A stretch of 64,000 nt of DNA from Piromyces finnis finn (GCA_002104945.1 MCFH01000001.1:2232001-2296000), one strand, 5' to 3'; shown: positions 28,308-51,400, counted from the stretch's first letter. The notes: generated from the letters alone by a model not told the origin. A program made the numbers and translations.

Positions 28308-29107
28308 ATTAATAGGATATTCTACTTATTAATAAATCAAGACAATATTAATTATTATCAAAATTAATAGCTTCAATATATTTTGTATTTGAAACATCAA
28401 CAAAATTTATAAATAAAGTATTATAAAACTCTTTTATTTATTATTAATATTTCATATATAATAATTAATAAAATTGACGCATTATTATACATATAACAAT
28501 AAATAATAAAACTGCTTATAATTTGGAATGAGAAAATATCGTTTAAATATCTAATTTTTTATTTTAACATATAATATAATATATTTTTTTAATGTATTAA
28601 TAAAAAATATTATTAATTACTTGCCTTTGTATATTGTTATTTTTGTTATTTTTGTTGCATTTAAATAAACAATAATAATAGATAATTAAAATTTTAGAAA
28701 AAAAAAAAGTAATGTAATATTTCCATTGAATTTAGCATAATTTATTTTTACATTTATATGCTTATTTCATATATTAAAAATAAGCCACAATATTTTTTAT
28801 ATTCAATAAATATATATATATATATTTTATTTTAAATATATAATATTTAAATGTCAAATTATCCTTTTTGTGATACATAATTTAATTATTTAATGTACTG
28901 AAAATATAATGTATGTATTGTTTTATTTCAATCAAGTTAAATTTTTTTTGTTATAATTTAAAGAAAAAAGTAATCTATATCAAACAAATTTATTGTAGAT
29001 TTTATATAAAATTTTAAATATAGAAAGTATAGAAGAAGGTTTAAAATAACAAATCAAATTAGTAACAACAATAGTGATAATAATATATAAACAATACTAA
29101 GCAAAAA

Positions 29108-32100
29108 ATGAAAAAAAGATTTTCTTTTTTAGATGTTGCAGCTGTTGTAAATGAAATACAAAAAAAATTACTAAATTTAAGACTTTCTAATATTTATGAT
29201 ATTAATCCAAAAGTATATTTATATATATGTTTTTTTTGTTTTATATTTATATATTATGTGTTTATTATATATTTATTTACAAAAAGAAAAAAATAATAAT
29301 TTTAATAAAGATAAGATTTAATGACTTTTTTTTTTTTCTTAATAATTGTAAAAATGAATTAAAAAGACATATTTATTAAAATTTGCTCGAAATGAAATTA
29401 AAGAATTTTTAATAGTTGAATCTGGTGTTCGCTTCCATACTACAAATTATTCAAGACAAAAAGAAAACACACGTTCAATTTTTGCTATGAAACTTCGTAA
29501 GCATATAAGAACTCGTCGTTTAACCTCTGTTAAACAATTGGGTACTGATCGTATTGTTGACTTATGTTTCGGTGAAGGTTAATATTCTTTAATTATTTGA
29601 TTTTTAAATTATTAAAATATTGAATTGTTTTATTATGTAATATTTAAAAATAAATGTAAATTAAAGTAATTATATATAATCAAAAATTTAATTATTTGAA
29701 ATTTAAATATATAATACAACAAAAAAGAAATAATAATAATAATTTTTACAATAATAACTTCTATAAACATATTATTTTATTTTTTAATATGTAATATTAT
29801 AATATTAATAGATGAAGCAAGTTACCATCTTATTTTAGAATTTTATTCATCTGGTAATGTAATCTTAACAGATAATAATTACAAAATATTATCTCTTTTA
29901 AGAACTGTTTCTGTTGACGAAAGAGATAAGGATGAAAAAACAAGATTTGCTGTAGGTGAAATATATGATGTTACGCAAGCAAAAAGTCATATACCTGTTA
30001 CAATGGAAGATCTCCAAAAAGCTTTAAGACCAGATGAAGAAGAAAGTAATAGTAATGATATTAATAAAGAAAAAGAGGGAAAAAAAACTATAGTAAATAC
30101 TGTTGTTAAATCTAATAAACCAGAAGTTCAAAGGGATCAAAAAGCACCAATGACTAAAAAGGAAAAAAGAAGATTAAAGGAAATGAAATTAAAGCAGGAG
30201 CAAAAAGAAAAAGAAGAAGAACAAAAGAAACAACAAAATCAAAATAAAAAGCAAAAAGAAAAAAATATTAAAAATATTACTTTAATACGTTGTATAAAAG
30301 AAAAATTTTCAGAAAAATATGGGCCAACTCTTGTCGATCATATTGTCAAAAAGTCAAATTTAAATCCTTCTCTTAAAGTTTTTACCGAACTTGATATTTC
30401 TTCAGAATCTCCTCAAATGCAAAATCTTTTAAAAGCTTTTAATGAAGCAGATGAAATTGTTAATTCAATTAATACAAACCAAAACAAAGGCTATATTATT
30501 AGTCATAAAATAGAAAGTAAAGCAAATATTAATAAGGACAATAAAAATAAAGACGAAGAATCTGACAATGTCGAAAATATTATATATGATGAATTCCATC
30601 CTTATCTCTTTACTCAATTTGAGGATAAACTTGATAACGTAATTACGTTCCAAAGTTTTAACGAAGCTGTTGATGAATATTATTCAAAGTTAGAAGCTCA
30701 ACAAATGGAATTAAAGAAGAAAAATACTGAAAATGCTGCACAAAAGAAACTTGATAACGTAAGAAAAGTTCAAGAAGATCGTATTAAAGGATTAGAAGAG
30801 GCATGTGAAAGAAATGTTGAAATGGCTCAAGCAATTGAAGCTAATCAAGATTATGTTGATCAATTAATTCAACTTATTCGTTCCTTCCTTGCTTCTGGTA
30901 TGGATTGGGTTGATCTTGAAAATATGTTAGCTGAAGAAAGAAAAAGAAACAATCCTGTTGCTTTAGCAATTAAGGAATTGAAGCTTATTAGTGGAATGGT
31001 ATCCGTGGAATTATTAATCCCTGAATATTTATATGGCATGAATGATAGTGACGAAGACAGTGAGGATGATAGTGAAGACGATAGTGAAGATGATGAAGAT
31101 GATGACAATAAATCTAAAACATCAAAAAATAAAAAAGATATAAAGAAGACGATTGTTGTTGATATTGATATTCATTCTTCTGCATATGCTAATGCAAGAA
31201 GATACTATGACATGAAAAGATCTGCATATGCAAAGCAAGAAAAAACTATTCAAGCTGCTGAAAAAGCTTTAAAATCTGCTGAAAAGAAGATTGCTAAAGA
31301 AATGAATATATCAAAAATGCCAATTGCACCTTCCATTGTAAAAGTACGTAAACCATACTGGTTTGAAAAATTTCATTGGTTTATTAGTTCTGAAAATTAT
31401 TTAGTATTAGCTGGTCGTGATGCTCTTCAAAATGAACAATTAGTAAGAAAGTATTTAAAAAAAGGTGATATTTATATTCATGCTGATATTCATGGTGCTT
31501 CTACTGTAATTGTTAAAAACACTAATCCAATGGGTGAAACCAAAGCCACTATTGCTTCAGGTGAATGTCCAATTCCACCTACTACTCTTTTACAAGCAGC
31601 TACAATGGCTGTTTGTTATTCAAAAGCTTGGGATTCTAAGGTTGTTACTAGTGCTTATTGGGTTTATGATCATCAAGTTTCCAAAACAGCTCCTTCTGGT
31701 GAATATCTTACAACTGGTAGTTTCATGATTAGAGGTAAGAAAAATTGGTTACCAGTTGTTCAATTAGTATATGGTTTTGGTTTCTTATTCCGTATTGAAG
31801 ATTCAAATATTCCAAGACATTATTGGGAACGCCGTCCATGGGGTAGAGATATTGATGAAACAGATGAAGTAATTTCCAAAAAAATTGCATTAAAACGTGA
31901 GAAACAAAGAGAAGCTATGTTAAATTTACATCAAATCAAGGATATTGAAGACCAAGATGATGATGATGATGATGATGATGTACAAGATAAAGATAAAAAA
32001 GAAACTAACAAGGAAATCGATTCTAAAGAAACTAATAATGAAACTGAAAATGTAGAAGAAAATAAAGAAAACAATAAAGAAGGAAATGATTCTAATGAAG

Positions 32101-33236
32101 AAGATGATGATAAAAGTAATAAGGAAAATTCAAAAGAAGAAGATACTGAATTTATTGATGATGAAGATGATGAAGATTTTGAATTCCCAGATACGCAAAT
32201 TGAAGCTCCACAATTATTAACTACACAAAAACAAAAGGATAAAAGAATGATGGAAGATATGAAGCAAAGATACAACTTAGACGAAATTGCTCATGAAGAT
32301 GAAGCTAATGAATCAGCTGAAGATTTACAATCATCAGGAAGAAAGCATATTTCCGCAACTGAAAGACGTAAGCTTCGTCGTAAAAAGCGTCAAGAAAATA
32401 AGTTAAATAAATTAATGGAAAGTGAAGATAGTATTTCTACTCCTAATGATTCAACTAATGAATTCATTTCCGACGGAAATATTGAAGGAAAACGAAAAAA
32501 GAAGGGTAAAAATAAGGGTGGTAATAGTAACGTTCTAAATAAATTTATGACAAATGATTCCACTGTTGCAAACATTCTTCAATCTAATGTTCGTGGTAAA
32601 AAAGGTAAAATTAAGAAGTTAAAGGAAAAGTATTTAGACCAAGATGATGAAGAAAGACAAATTCGTATGCAACTTACCGGGGCTATTAGTAAAAAGGAAA
32701 ATAGAAAAAACAAAAAAGGAAAGAAAGAAACTCAAAGTCAAAAATCATTAGCATTTATGTCCTCAGTAAATAATAGTAAATCTAATAACGCTAAAAAGAG
32801 TGATAATATGGAAGGCTCAAAGACATCTTCTCAACAAGAGAAAGAAGAAATTCAACAAATTCTAAAGGATGAAAATATTCCAATCTTAGAAGAAGAGCAA
32901 TTAGAATCATTAATGATGCTTGATGAATTAACTGGACAACCAAATGAAAACGATGAACTTTTATATGCTATCCCTGTTTGTGCACCATGGGTATGTTTAC
33001 AAAAATATAAGTATAGAGTTAAACTTTTACCAGGAAGTGTAAAAAAAGGAAAATTAGTTCGTTCTATAACATCAAACTTTGTTCAAATGTCAAAAGCTCT
33101 TGACCGTGAAAAGGAATTAATAATGTCTGTTAATGAAACCGAAATGATAGGTTCTATTGGTTTAAGCAAGTGTGAAATGGTCAACGAAAATTCATCTATT
33201 GGTAGTACAAAGAAAAGAAATAAGCGTTCTAAATAA
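29108..33236 (+). CDS. RQC2: Ribosome quality control factor NEMF/Rqc2 (Tae2); exons 29108-29212, 29367-29577, 29812-33236
   Basis: MKKRFSFLDVAA, IVESGVRFHTT, FAMKLRKHIRTRRL, LILEFYSSGNVILTD, KPYWFEKFHWFISSENYLVLAGRDALQNE, YIHADIHGAS, KTAPSGEYLTTGSFMIRGKKN, LLYAIPVCAPW...KYRVKLLPGSVKKGK. Confidence 0.92.
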
Positions 33237-34571
33237 CTTTTTTAAAAGATTAAATAATATATGTTAAAATTGGAAATAAGTTTTTTTTTTTTATCATTTT
33301 ATATTTTTAAACAATTGTGTATATAAGTAAATATAGCATTTTTATAAAATTCATTTTAAAATAACTTGTTTTGAAATATAAATTTTGATTAATATATATC
33401 AATACTTTTCTAATAATAAGAATTATAAATAATAATATATAAAAAACAAAATATTTTTTAAAAAATATATATATATTAAATTAAAATTTAAATTTAAAAT
33501 TTGAATATTCGGTAAATCCATTAAATAAACTTTCTAATATTTATAACGTATACATTTAAAACAAATTAGTTATATTCTAAAAATAAATATATTATATATT
33601 TTATATTTTATATATTATATACTATATATTAATATTATTGATATCTCATATTTTTAATAAATTTCAGTAAATATTAATAATATCTTTAAATTAACTATGT
33701 TTATCAATTTAAGATTATAATTTAAAAAAAAAAAAAATTAAAAAATTTAGATAAAAAATAATTAAAAGAAAAGACTTCGGTTTAATAATGAAGTAATTTA
33801 AAAAAAAAAAAAAAAAAAAATAAAGGAAATAAATAAAGTACCAAATTAAGAAATATATTATAAATAGAAATATGTTTTTTATTTAATCTATCAATAATGA
33901 TATAAAATTAAATATATTCTATTTTATATTTTTAAAAATTTAAAATACAACAAAATAAAAAAGACTAAAAAATATATAAATAAAACTATATAAAGCCTAA
34001 AAAATCACAAAAAAATTGATAAATATTATTCATTTTTTATATTTGAAATTTCAATTTTCATTAAAGAAAGTAAGTATAATATATATGTATAAATATATAA
34101 ATTTGAATATAATATATAAGCTAAGATAAATATTAATATTTTTGTTATTACTATTATTATTAAAGAGAAATATAAATATAAACATTAACTATTTTTATTT
34201 AATTAAATAATAATAATAATAATAATAAATATATAAATATTTAATATTATAGGTAAATAATATTAAAAGAATATATATTATTTTTAATAATCAATAAAAA
34301 TATAATAAAAGAAAAAGAAAAAGAAATAATAAAAAAGAAAAAAAAAAAGTAAAATAACAAATTTTATATTCTAATTCGCTAAACCAAATATATAGTTTTG
34401 AATTTCAATAATAATAAAAAACAATAAATTTAATAAAAATGTAAGTATTTAACTATATAGTTAATTTATAATAATATGTATATAATATATTAAGCTATTC
34501 TTTTTAATTTAATAGTATTTTTAATTTAATAGTATTCAAAATTAATATACCAATAATTATAAAAATTCATA

Positions 34572-35874
34572 ATGTCTTTCGCTGATCTTGAAAAAGGGTT
34601 TAATTTCACTCGTAGTATAAATAGTAATGTTCCACCGATACATACAACTTCCCAAAGTATATATTTACATAATTAATAATTACTATTACTTCTGGATATT
34701 GATATATATATATATATTTTATACTATATATAAAATACAATAATATAATATAATAGATAATTCAGAATTTATTATGATTAACAATAGAATTTCTGGAAAT
34801 ATTTTCAAAGCTTCAAATAACATAACTTCAATTCAACGTATTGTACAAAGTGATTCCATAAAAAATCCAAAAATAAGGGAACAGCAGTAAGCAGCAAAAT
34901 AAATTGTAATTATTATCTGTAATATATAAATCCTAAAGAAAATTAATTTTTTAACTACTATAGGCATAGATTAACCGAAGAAGTTCGACAACTTACAAAG
35001 GATATTAATGCTGATTTAAAATTATTAAATTCACAAAATGTTTCAGATTATGAAGAAACTAGCGCAGTATGTATTATTTATTAATAGAATTAAATAAATA
35101 AAAAAAATTATTGAAAAATATTAATACTAATAATATATATAGAAACAAAAGGATATGATATATAAAAAGCTTTCTAAAGATTTTGAGTCTGTATTAAAAC
35201 GATTCCAAGAAGTATCAAAACTTTCAGCTCAAAAGAATTTAGAAATTGTTAATCGTGCAAAATATCAACAAAACTTGTAAATACTTTTTTATATTAATAG
35301 CAATTGTATTTATATATAAAATCTAATATCTTATGCTAAGCTTATGTAATATTTTTTTCATTTTATTTTGTATAATTATATAATTATACTAGAATTGAAG
35401 AAGGAGAAGAAGAACCAAATGAAAATCAACCACTTCTTGGTGGTCAAGAGTAATATATCAATATAATTAATTATAAAATTATAAATAATAATAAAACTTA
35501 ATATATAAATTATAACATATTACATCTTTTATGACTATTAATTTAGTCAAATTCAAATACAAACTATTGAGAATGAGTTAAATTATAATGAATCATTAAT
35601 TACAGAAAGAGAAAATGAATTAAAAGACATTGAACGTTCAATGGTTGAAATTAATGAAATATTCCGTGACTTAGGTACAATGGTTAATGATCAGCAATAT
35701 CTATTAGATAATATAGAATCAAATGTTATTGATATTTCAACAAATATTGAAAGCGCAAATAATCAACTTCGTTCAGCAAATAATTATCAAAAGAAAGCAA
35801 GACAGAAAATGTGGTACTTAATACTTATTGCAGTACTTGTAGGATTGGTTCTAATAGTGTCTGTCATTTCATAA
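34572..35874 (+). CDS. Endosomal/vacuolar Qa-SNARE syntaxin (Pep12/Vam3/STX7-like), multi-exon
   Basis: Starts MSFADLEKG. Short GT-AG exons include KLSKDFESVLKRFQEVSK. Last exon ERENELKDIERSMVEINEIFRDLGTMVNDQQYLLDNIESNV...A is a t-SNARE motif followed by a C-terminal TM anchor. Confidence 0.82.
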
Positions 35875-36399
35875 AAATAATTAAAAAATTTTGATTGCTT
35901 ATTAATTATATTTAATTATTTTCTTTTTTTTTTTTTTTTTTTGTTGTCGTTGTTGCTTTTCATAATATAAAAAAAAAAAAAAAAAAAAAAAAAAATATTA
36001 AATAATAATTTAAATATAGTCAATATTATATATTAAATCTATATATTATTGAAATATTGAAATATCATAAATAATAAAATTAAAATAATTTCTATCTCAA
36101 ATAAAAAAAAAAAAAAAACAATATTATTTTTAAATAACATTATAAATAAAAAAGATAGCACTTTTAAATTCTATTATTAATAATTTAATAATTATATATC
36201 TTATATCTTGTAATAGCATAAAACATGAATCACGTATCATTTTAAACTGTATATATAATTATTTATTAAAATATATTTATTATTTTATAAAATATTAATA
36301 AATAAATAAATAAATCATGAATATCTAAAATAAAAAAAAAAAAAAAATCAATAATTATACATTTGACTATTATGCCAATTATGTTAATTATGTTAGTAC

Positions 36400-43878
<7,479 letters not shown>

Positions 43879-43906
43879 TTTATATTATATTTTATACTAA
43901 TAATAA

Positions 43907-43945
<39 letters not shown>

Positions 43946-44799
43946 AGAATAATTCATAATAAAAAAAAACTATAAACTATTTAAAAATAATATTGATGAT
44001 TTAGTTTCAATTCCAAATGAAAGAAAAGCTTAATTTTATTATAAAATTTCATATAATAATAATCATAATGTATATCGTTTTTCTAATATATATATATTAT
44101 ATGTATATATGTATATGTCTACAATTGCATAATTAAAAAGCTAAGTTTTACTCTAAAAAATCTAAAAATCTTTAAATTTTATATAATAATATAAATGTTA
44201 AAATATTAAAATAAAATTTTTATTGTAATGTTTTTAAAAGTCCAATTATATATATATAAATAATTAAAGTTATGAAAATGTATAAAATTTCTGATTTATA
44301 AATTTAAAATAGTTAAAAAATTAATAAGAGTTAAAATACTTTAATTGAGAATTCATAGAATTTATGTTTTACTTCAATAAATTCTATAAAGATATTTTTC
44401 AATCTTTATTATATTACTAATATTAATATTGAAATTTAATTAAAAATTTATACTATATTTTAGTAAAAGGGTTAAGTCAAATTATTTACAACCAATATAA
44501 TTTTTAATTTTTCTAATTTTTATAAAGTTAAATACAAATTTTCTTTTAATAATAATATTTTTAAAAAGTTACTTCCAACGAAGGTATTAAAACAATAAAA
44601 TATTATATTTTTATACATAATTGATATAAGGATTTACTACTAAAATATTAATATAAAAAAATTAAAAATAAAGTGAAAATATATAAATTAATAATAATCC
44701 TTAATGATTTATGAATAATAAAAGTTGTTTTTAATTTTAAAATAAATCAAGAATCAAAATTTAAAATTTATAATGAAAAAATAGAATTACAATTAATAT

Positions 44800-45045
44800 T
44801 TTTTTTTTTTTTAAACTTCCATATATCCTCATCTAACCCCCTGAGTTATATATGGTATGTGATTGTACATTATTGTACATTGCCATATCAGAACGACGTC
44901 GGCACAATCACCCCTCTGGGCAGGGCTAATATGGAATGGCTTATTGCTCTTAACGATCCTATCACACAAAAACCGAGCTACCAACACCAGTGATCTTCTG
45001 AATCTTTATTGGCGAAGGGTGATTAACAATGAGAACAACCCTCAA
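44800..45045 (-). mobile_element. Short (probably 5'-truncated) retroposon with poly(A) tail and 17-bp TSD
   Basis: GC-richer island starting with a T-run on + (44800-44812), then AAACTTCC. Flanks are AGAATTACAATTAATAT (44783-44799) and AGAATTTCAATTAATAT (45046-45062), 1 mismatch. No tRNA head seen. Confidence 0.7.
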
Positions 45046-45974
45046 AGAATTTCAATTAATATAATTTAGAGTTATTTATTATTCCAAATACAAAAAAAAA
45101 ACATTTTTATTTAAATATATCAAAAATTTTGAAAAATCTAATTGAATATTTTTTAACTAATTTTATATCATTTATTACATACTTTCAACTATTCCAAATA
45201 AAAAAAAAAAAAAAAATAAGTGGCACAACTCATATAACACTTTATTTTTTTATATAATTTTATATTTGAGTTTAATTAATATAAATATTGATAATAAATT
45301 ATATTTGTATAAACAAATATATATAAATTAAATTAAAAAATCAATCACTTTATTATTTATTAAATATTTGTAATATAAAAATTTGTATTGTAATAGTTAA
45401 CAGATATTAGTTATACAATACATTCATCATAATGAATATATAAAATAATATATTATAATTTATATACAATTTTTAATGTATGTATCATTACTTTAAAAAA
45501 AAAATTAATAAAATAATATTGTTACAAAAAATAAAATATTGATAGAAAATAAAAATTAAAAAAACAACTTTTGTTAATGTTTTATTTATATTTATATTTT
45601 AAAACTCGAATATTGCATTAATTCTATATTTTTATAAATGTTTTTAATATAAATTTATCTTTTTTTTTTTTAATTCGAACAAAAGACTAAATAGTAAATT
45701 AGTTTTATTAGAATTGAGAATATGTAAAATATTCTTTGTGAAGAATGAAGATTCTTCTTTATATATGTAATAATTAATTAAAATTTATTATATGATAAAA
45801 TGTTAATAATATATAAGTCAATTAATTGGAATATATTAATATTTTAATTAATACAATTGTGTAAGTTTTTCAAAAATTCTGCTAGGAAACTTTTTTTTAA
45901 AAAAAATTATAATTTTAATCTTCGTTTTTAGAATTCTAATTTTTAATTGAATTGCATTTATAGAATTAAGAAAA

Positions 45975-48400
45975 ATGACGAAATTATTTTATGGATTGTT
46001 AAATATAATTATTTTTATTTCACTCGTTTTTGCTCAAATAAAAGAAAGAAATGATTGTAATAAAATCAGAAATTATATAGAATATGGTTTAGAACTCGAT
46101 TCAGCTGATATTATTAATGAATGTTCAATTAATGATTTTGGTGTTGTTACTAATTTGTAAGATTGTTAATATAAATAATCATTCATATAGATAAATAAAG
46201 ATTTTAGTTTTTTATTTAATTAATAATATTTTTTTTTGTTAATTATTTAATAGAAATATTTATGATTATTATGATAGTTTAACTGAAAAAAATATTATAA
46301 AAATCATTAATTTCAAAAGTATTAAATATCTGTAAGTAATGCAAGTAAAATATTTAAAATAATTGATTTCATACCCCCACCTTTTTTTTTTTTTTAATTA
46401 TAAAAATGATTATTTATACATTAAAATGATTATATGTAATATTAATATATATATATATATATATTTGAATAGCACAATTCAAAATGTTAAACTTACTCAA
46501 AACATTATTAAAGTAATTTCAAATATTTCCAATCTTCTTTATTTGTAAGTTTATTCAATTTATTTTTAATTTATTATAATTATTGTTGTTATTGGGTATA
46601 TAATAATTAACATGTTAAATTATTTTAATAAAATAGAGAAATCGAAAAATGTGAATTTAATGAAAAGGATATAAATATTTTAAAAAAACATGGAAGACTT
46701 AATACCTTGTAAGTTATATATATATTAATACCTAATTATAATTTATAGCTAAAATATAATTTCTATAATTTTTTTTTTTAATTATAAAAAGATATTTGGA
46801 CAGTAATAATGATTATAAGATTGGAAAGAATGCTTTAAGTGGTTTTATGAATTTAAAGAAAATGTAAATATATAAATATAAATTTAATCAAATATATTCT
46901 TTCTTTTCATTAATAAGTTATACATATATATTTTATAGAATTCTTGATGGTATAGCAATATCACAAGATAACATTAATGAAATTAGTTCATTACCAAAAA
47001 TTTCAAATGTGTAAGTATTTTTTTTTTTTTTTGAATATTATAATATTGTATTAAAAAATTAAAGTAATAATAACAATAATATTATAAAAATATTTAATTT
47101 TTTCTTTTTTAGTAAATTAAGTTTTTCAACTGTTACTGACTCAATTGATTTCAAGCCAATAAAAGAAAATAGAAGAATTACTACTTTGTAAGTATATATG
47201 AATTGTTATAATAAACATTTATCATTATTAATTATTAAATAATTATTTTAATAAAACCAGAGAAATATTACATATAAATGGAGGTAATTTAAAGGGGGGC
47301 TTTTTCGAAGGATTTACTAATGTTAAAAGATTGTAAGTGTATAAATATAAATTATTTTATGTTTTTATTATTATTTTGATATATTAAACAATATATTAAA
47401 TATTTAATAGAGTATTTGCTTGGATGAATCTTACCCAAGAAAATATAAATGATATTGCTAATTTAACTAAGCTTCGTGAAATGTAAATTATTATTTATAA
47501 TTTTTATTATTGTTTCTCGTAAAAATATAAAATATTAATTTTCATATATTTATTTTTATTAAATTATTAAAGAACATTTTTTGAATGCAATAATTATGAT
47601 AAAATTAACTTTGATCCTTTAAATCAACTTAAATACATTACTGTTTTGTAAGTTTACTATTTTAGATATAAAATGTATTATTTAATACTTCAAATTATAT
47701 ATTAATATTATAAATGGATAAAACTTATAATAGCAAAGTTATTGGTAAAGAATTTGAAACAAATCCAATCAAGGAAATTCCAGATGTTGTTTATTCCTTT
47801 AATAAATTAAAGAAAATGTAATTTTAATATATTTAATATAATATATTATATATACATAAGTTTTTGTACTCATTGACTATTTAATTTAAATAGAACTATT
47901 ACTCATCAATCCATTACTTCAATTCCAGAGGAAATAGTTAAACTTAATGATCTTGAATATATGTATGATTATACAATTAAAGTGTTTTAATAATAAGAAA
48001 TAACATTATAGATAAAAGATTGTTAATAGTATTATTATCTAATTTTAAATATATATATATATATATATAGTGATTTATGTTATAATAATCTTTTTGAACT
48101 TCCAGATTTCCTTAATTCTATAAGTAAACTTAATTATGTGTAAGTGAACAATATATTATGATTTTATTTTTTCTTAATAATACTATAAATATAATATAAT
48201 TAATGTATATAAAAAAATAATTATATATCAATAATATAAATAGAAATTTCAAAGCTAATAATAATCTTAAGGGACAAGTATTAACTAATGGTAGTCTTAA
48301 TAGATGTTTTTATGATGAAGACAATGATTTTCTTTGTATAGATCCAGAATCAAATTTAAAATGTTTAAAGAATTATTATTTAAATGAATGTTCAAAATAA
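45975..48400 (+). CDS. Secreted leucine-rich-repeat protein, 14 exons, ~406 aa
   Basis: Exons 45975-46156, 46254-46331, 46473-46544, 46637-46708, 46792-46863, 46939-47010, 47113-47187, 47261-47332, 47411-47482, 47573-47647, 47734-47817, 47894-47962, 48071-48139, 48244-48400. All introns are GT-AG, phase 2; total 1221 nt, open to TAA. Signal peptide, Cys-containing N-cap (NDC...NEC), LRR-like units (e.g. ITSIPEEIVKLNDLEYI, DLCYNNLFELPDFL) and a Cys-containing C-cap. Confidence 0.8.
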
Positions 48401-51400
48401 GAAATTATTATCGTTGCTGTAGTACCTTATGAAAAGCTAAAATTCTATTCTACTTATATATTCATTTTCATAGAATAATTAATTATTCATTAATAATTAA
48501 TATTCATTAAATAGTATATTTATATTTTTTATTTATTATAAAATGAATTTCATACCTTAATATGATATTAGATATTATTCATTTATTCCTATAAATTATT
48601 ATCAATTATTTATTCATTTTATTCTATTCTAATCATTTATTTTTATTATTATAATTTTATAATTAATGCACTAATCAAAAAAATAATATAGTGTTCTATT
48701 TTTATTTTAACATGCATTATTAAAATTACAATTATTACCATTATTTTATACATGTATATGCGTGCTAAAGGTTTAAAAAAAAAATAAAAATAAAAATTAA
48801 TATTTATATAAGCTATAAAATTGGTATATACATAATATCTTTGTTGAAATTACTCTCTATTTAAAATGTTAAAGTTATAACTGATTAATAATTATAAAGG
48901 TTAGATTTGTTAATTCATATTATATTCTTAATATAGAGAAATTGTGTAACAATAAGGCAATAAGGTTATAATTGATAATAGTTTTTTTTTTTTTTTAATT
49001 AAAAAATAATAAGATTAAAGTTCTAAAATATATATTTATAAGCAATAGGGTTAGTTTAATATGATAATCAATTTAAGTATTCCAAATAAAATATTTTAAA
49101 TTTTATGGTATTTTTAAGAATGATATGAAGTGTTTCCCATTTGTTATAAAGAAAAAGACCGTGTTTTGGTTCTTAGTTCAATATATTTAAGCTGATTCTT
49201 TAATATGTTATTATTGAACCAATATTTTTTCAATGCTCTATTATTTTTTTTTTTGTTGTTGTTAATAAGTTTATTTAATGGCAATATATAAATACATACA
49301 TTTGCATACAATTCTTGTATCTAAAACCTAATCTGTTTTTGATTTATTAGTAAATATAAAAAGGTAAGGGGAAAAAAAAACTAAACATAAATTTAATATT
49401 TTTTTTTTTAGAAGTAAAATATTTAGTAAATATAAGAATTTTGTGTCAAAAAAAAAAAAAAAAAAAGAAAAAGAAGAAAAAACTTTTGTTTTATATAGAA
49501 TCAATTAAATTCATTAAATAAAATAAAACTGATAATTTAAGAAGTCGGTTTATTATATATAATATTTTAATTTTATTTTGTATTGATACTCTATATAATA
49601 TTTTATTGGTAAGTTTTCATTTGAAGATCTATGTAACTTTAAATTTAATAAATTTCTTATATATAATAATTAAAGAAAATTTATTTTTGACATTTCATTT
49701 AAAATTTTGGTGAAAAAAATACATTAAAGCTTTTATTCTAATTTAAATTCTATCTTATATTTTCTATTCAAAAATGTTAATAAATTCTTAATTACAAAAC
49801 TTATCGTATTTAAGAAGTAGTTATATATTTGTTCTATTAACTTTTTAATTAATTTTTAACCTAAATCAACTATTAAAAAATTTCTTATTTAAACAATTCT
49901 TTTTTAAAAAAAAGAAAGTTTAATTAGAATTATAAACTTAGTTATTTATATTTCTTACTATAAAAGGTTATGTCATTTTATTTCATTTTTATAAAAAGTT
50001 TTTATATATTTAAAAAAAAAGAAAGAATTATACTATAATTTTATAGTAGTATTCATGTTGAGTTTTCAACAACCATATTATTTAGAATACTTTTATTATT
50101 CTAAGTGTTTACCTTTTTTATTTTATTAAAGTTATATATATATATATTTTTGCCGTTGTTAAGTATTAATTTAAAAATACTTGTTGGCAATATAAAGCTC
50201 ATAGTTGTTGAAGTACATTATTATTGAATGAAATTTCTATTAAATAATAAAAAATATTAATTAATTAAAATATTTAATGTAATTAGTAAGTTTATAATAA
50301 AAATAAATTTATAATTATTAATAAATTTATTTTACTTTAAAAAATTTATTTTAACTTAAAAAAAAGAAAAGCCATATATCATATGATTATACTAATGAAT
50401 AAGGTAGTATAGATATATTAATGATAAGAATACATATTTATTTATTTAATTTATTAATAAAATTATTTTAAATATTTAATTAAAATTATTACTCATTTGA
50501 TGTTTACTATTATGTAAATTAATTATTTTATCTCCCAAATAATTAAATTTCTTTACTGTTTTATATTCACAATTTTTTATAAAATGTCAGTCCCTTTTTT
50601 GTATCAAAATTTATAGTAATTATTGATGATTTATTCAATTATTTTAAGAATATTATATATATACGTATACAATATTTATAATAGTAGGTATAATATTTAG
50701 ATATTGAAGGTAAAAATAATTCATTTTAATATTTTCTAATAATATAGTCATAATTATTATTATTATTATTTTTAAAGATTGTCTTTTAACCATAATAATA
50801 TATTTAAACCAAATAATATTAATATAAATTTCATATTTATTATAATTACAATAAAATAATTAGAAAAAGAGATAGTTTATAAAATATTCGCATTCATTTC
50901 AATAAATGATATATTAAATATAATAAAAAAAATACTTTATTGTTAATAATGATATTCAATAAACTTTTTCTTTTAATACTAAAGAATGTATTTTTTCAAT
51001 TAGTAAATCTATTGCAAAGTTAATTACGATACATTATTCAACACAATATGTATATATATTAAAATCATTATAGATGGTTTATTATTTAATCTTTTAAACA
51101 ATATATTTTATTATAATGTAATGATTTAAAAAAACAAAGACATAAATAAATTTTTGGATTAAATATTGTCAATGAAGAATTGAAAAAATAAATAAAATAA
51201 ATAATTAAATGTTAAAATATGAATAAAAATAGTTTTAATTGATCAATATTTAATAATGTAATAATATATTAATTCTTATGAAATCGTTAATATATGATCT
51301 CCAAAAATTATTAATTAGTCATATTGATATAATTTCAAAGGGATAAATGAATATTAAAAGGAGTTCTTAATGCTTTTTTTTTTTTTTTAATAATGTACAA

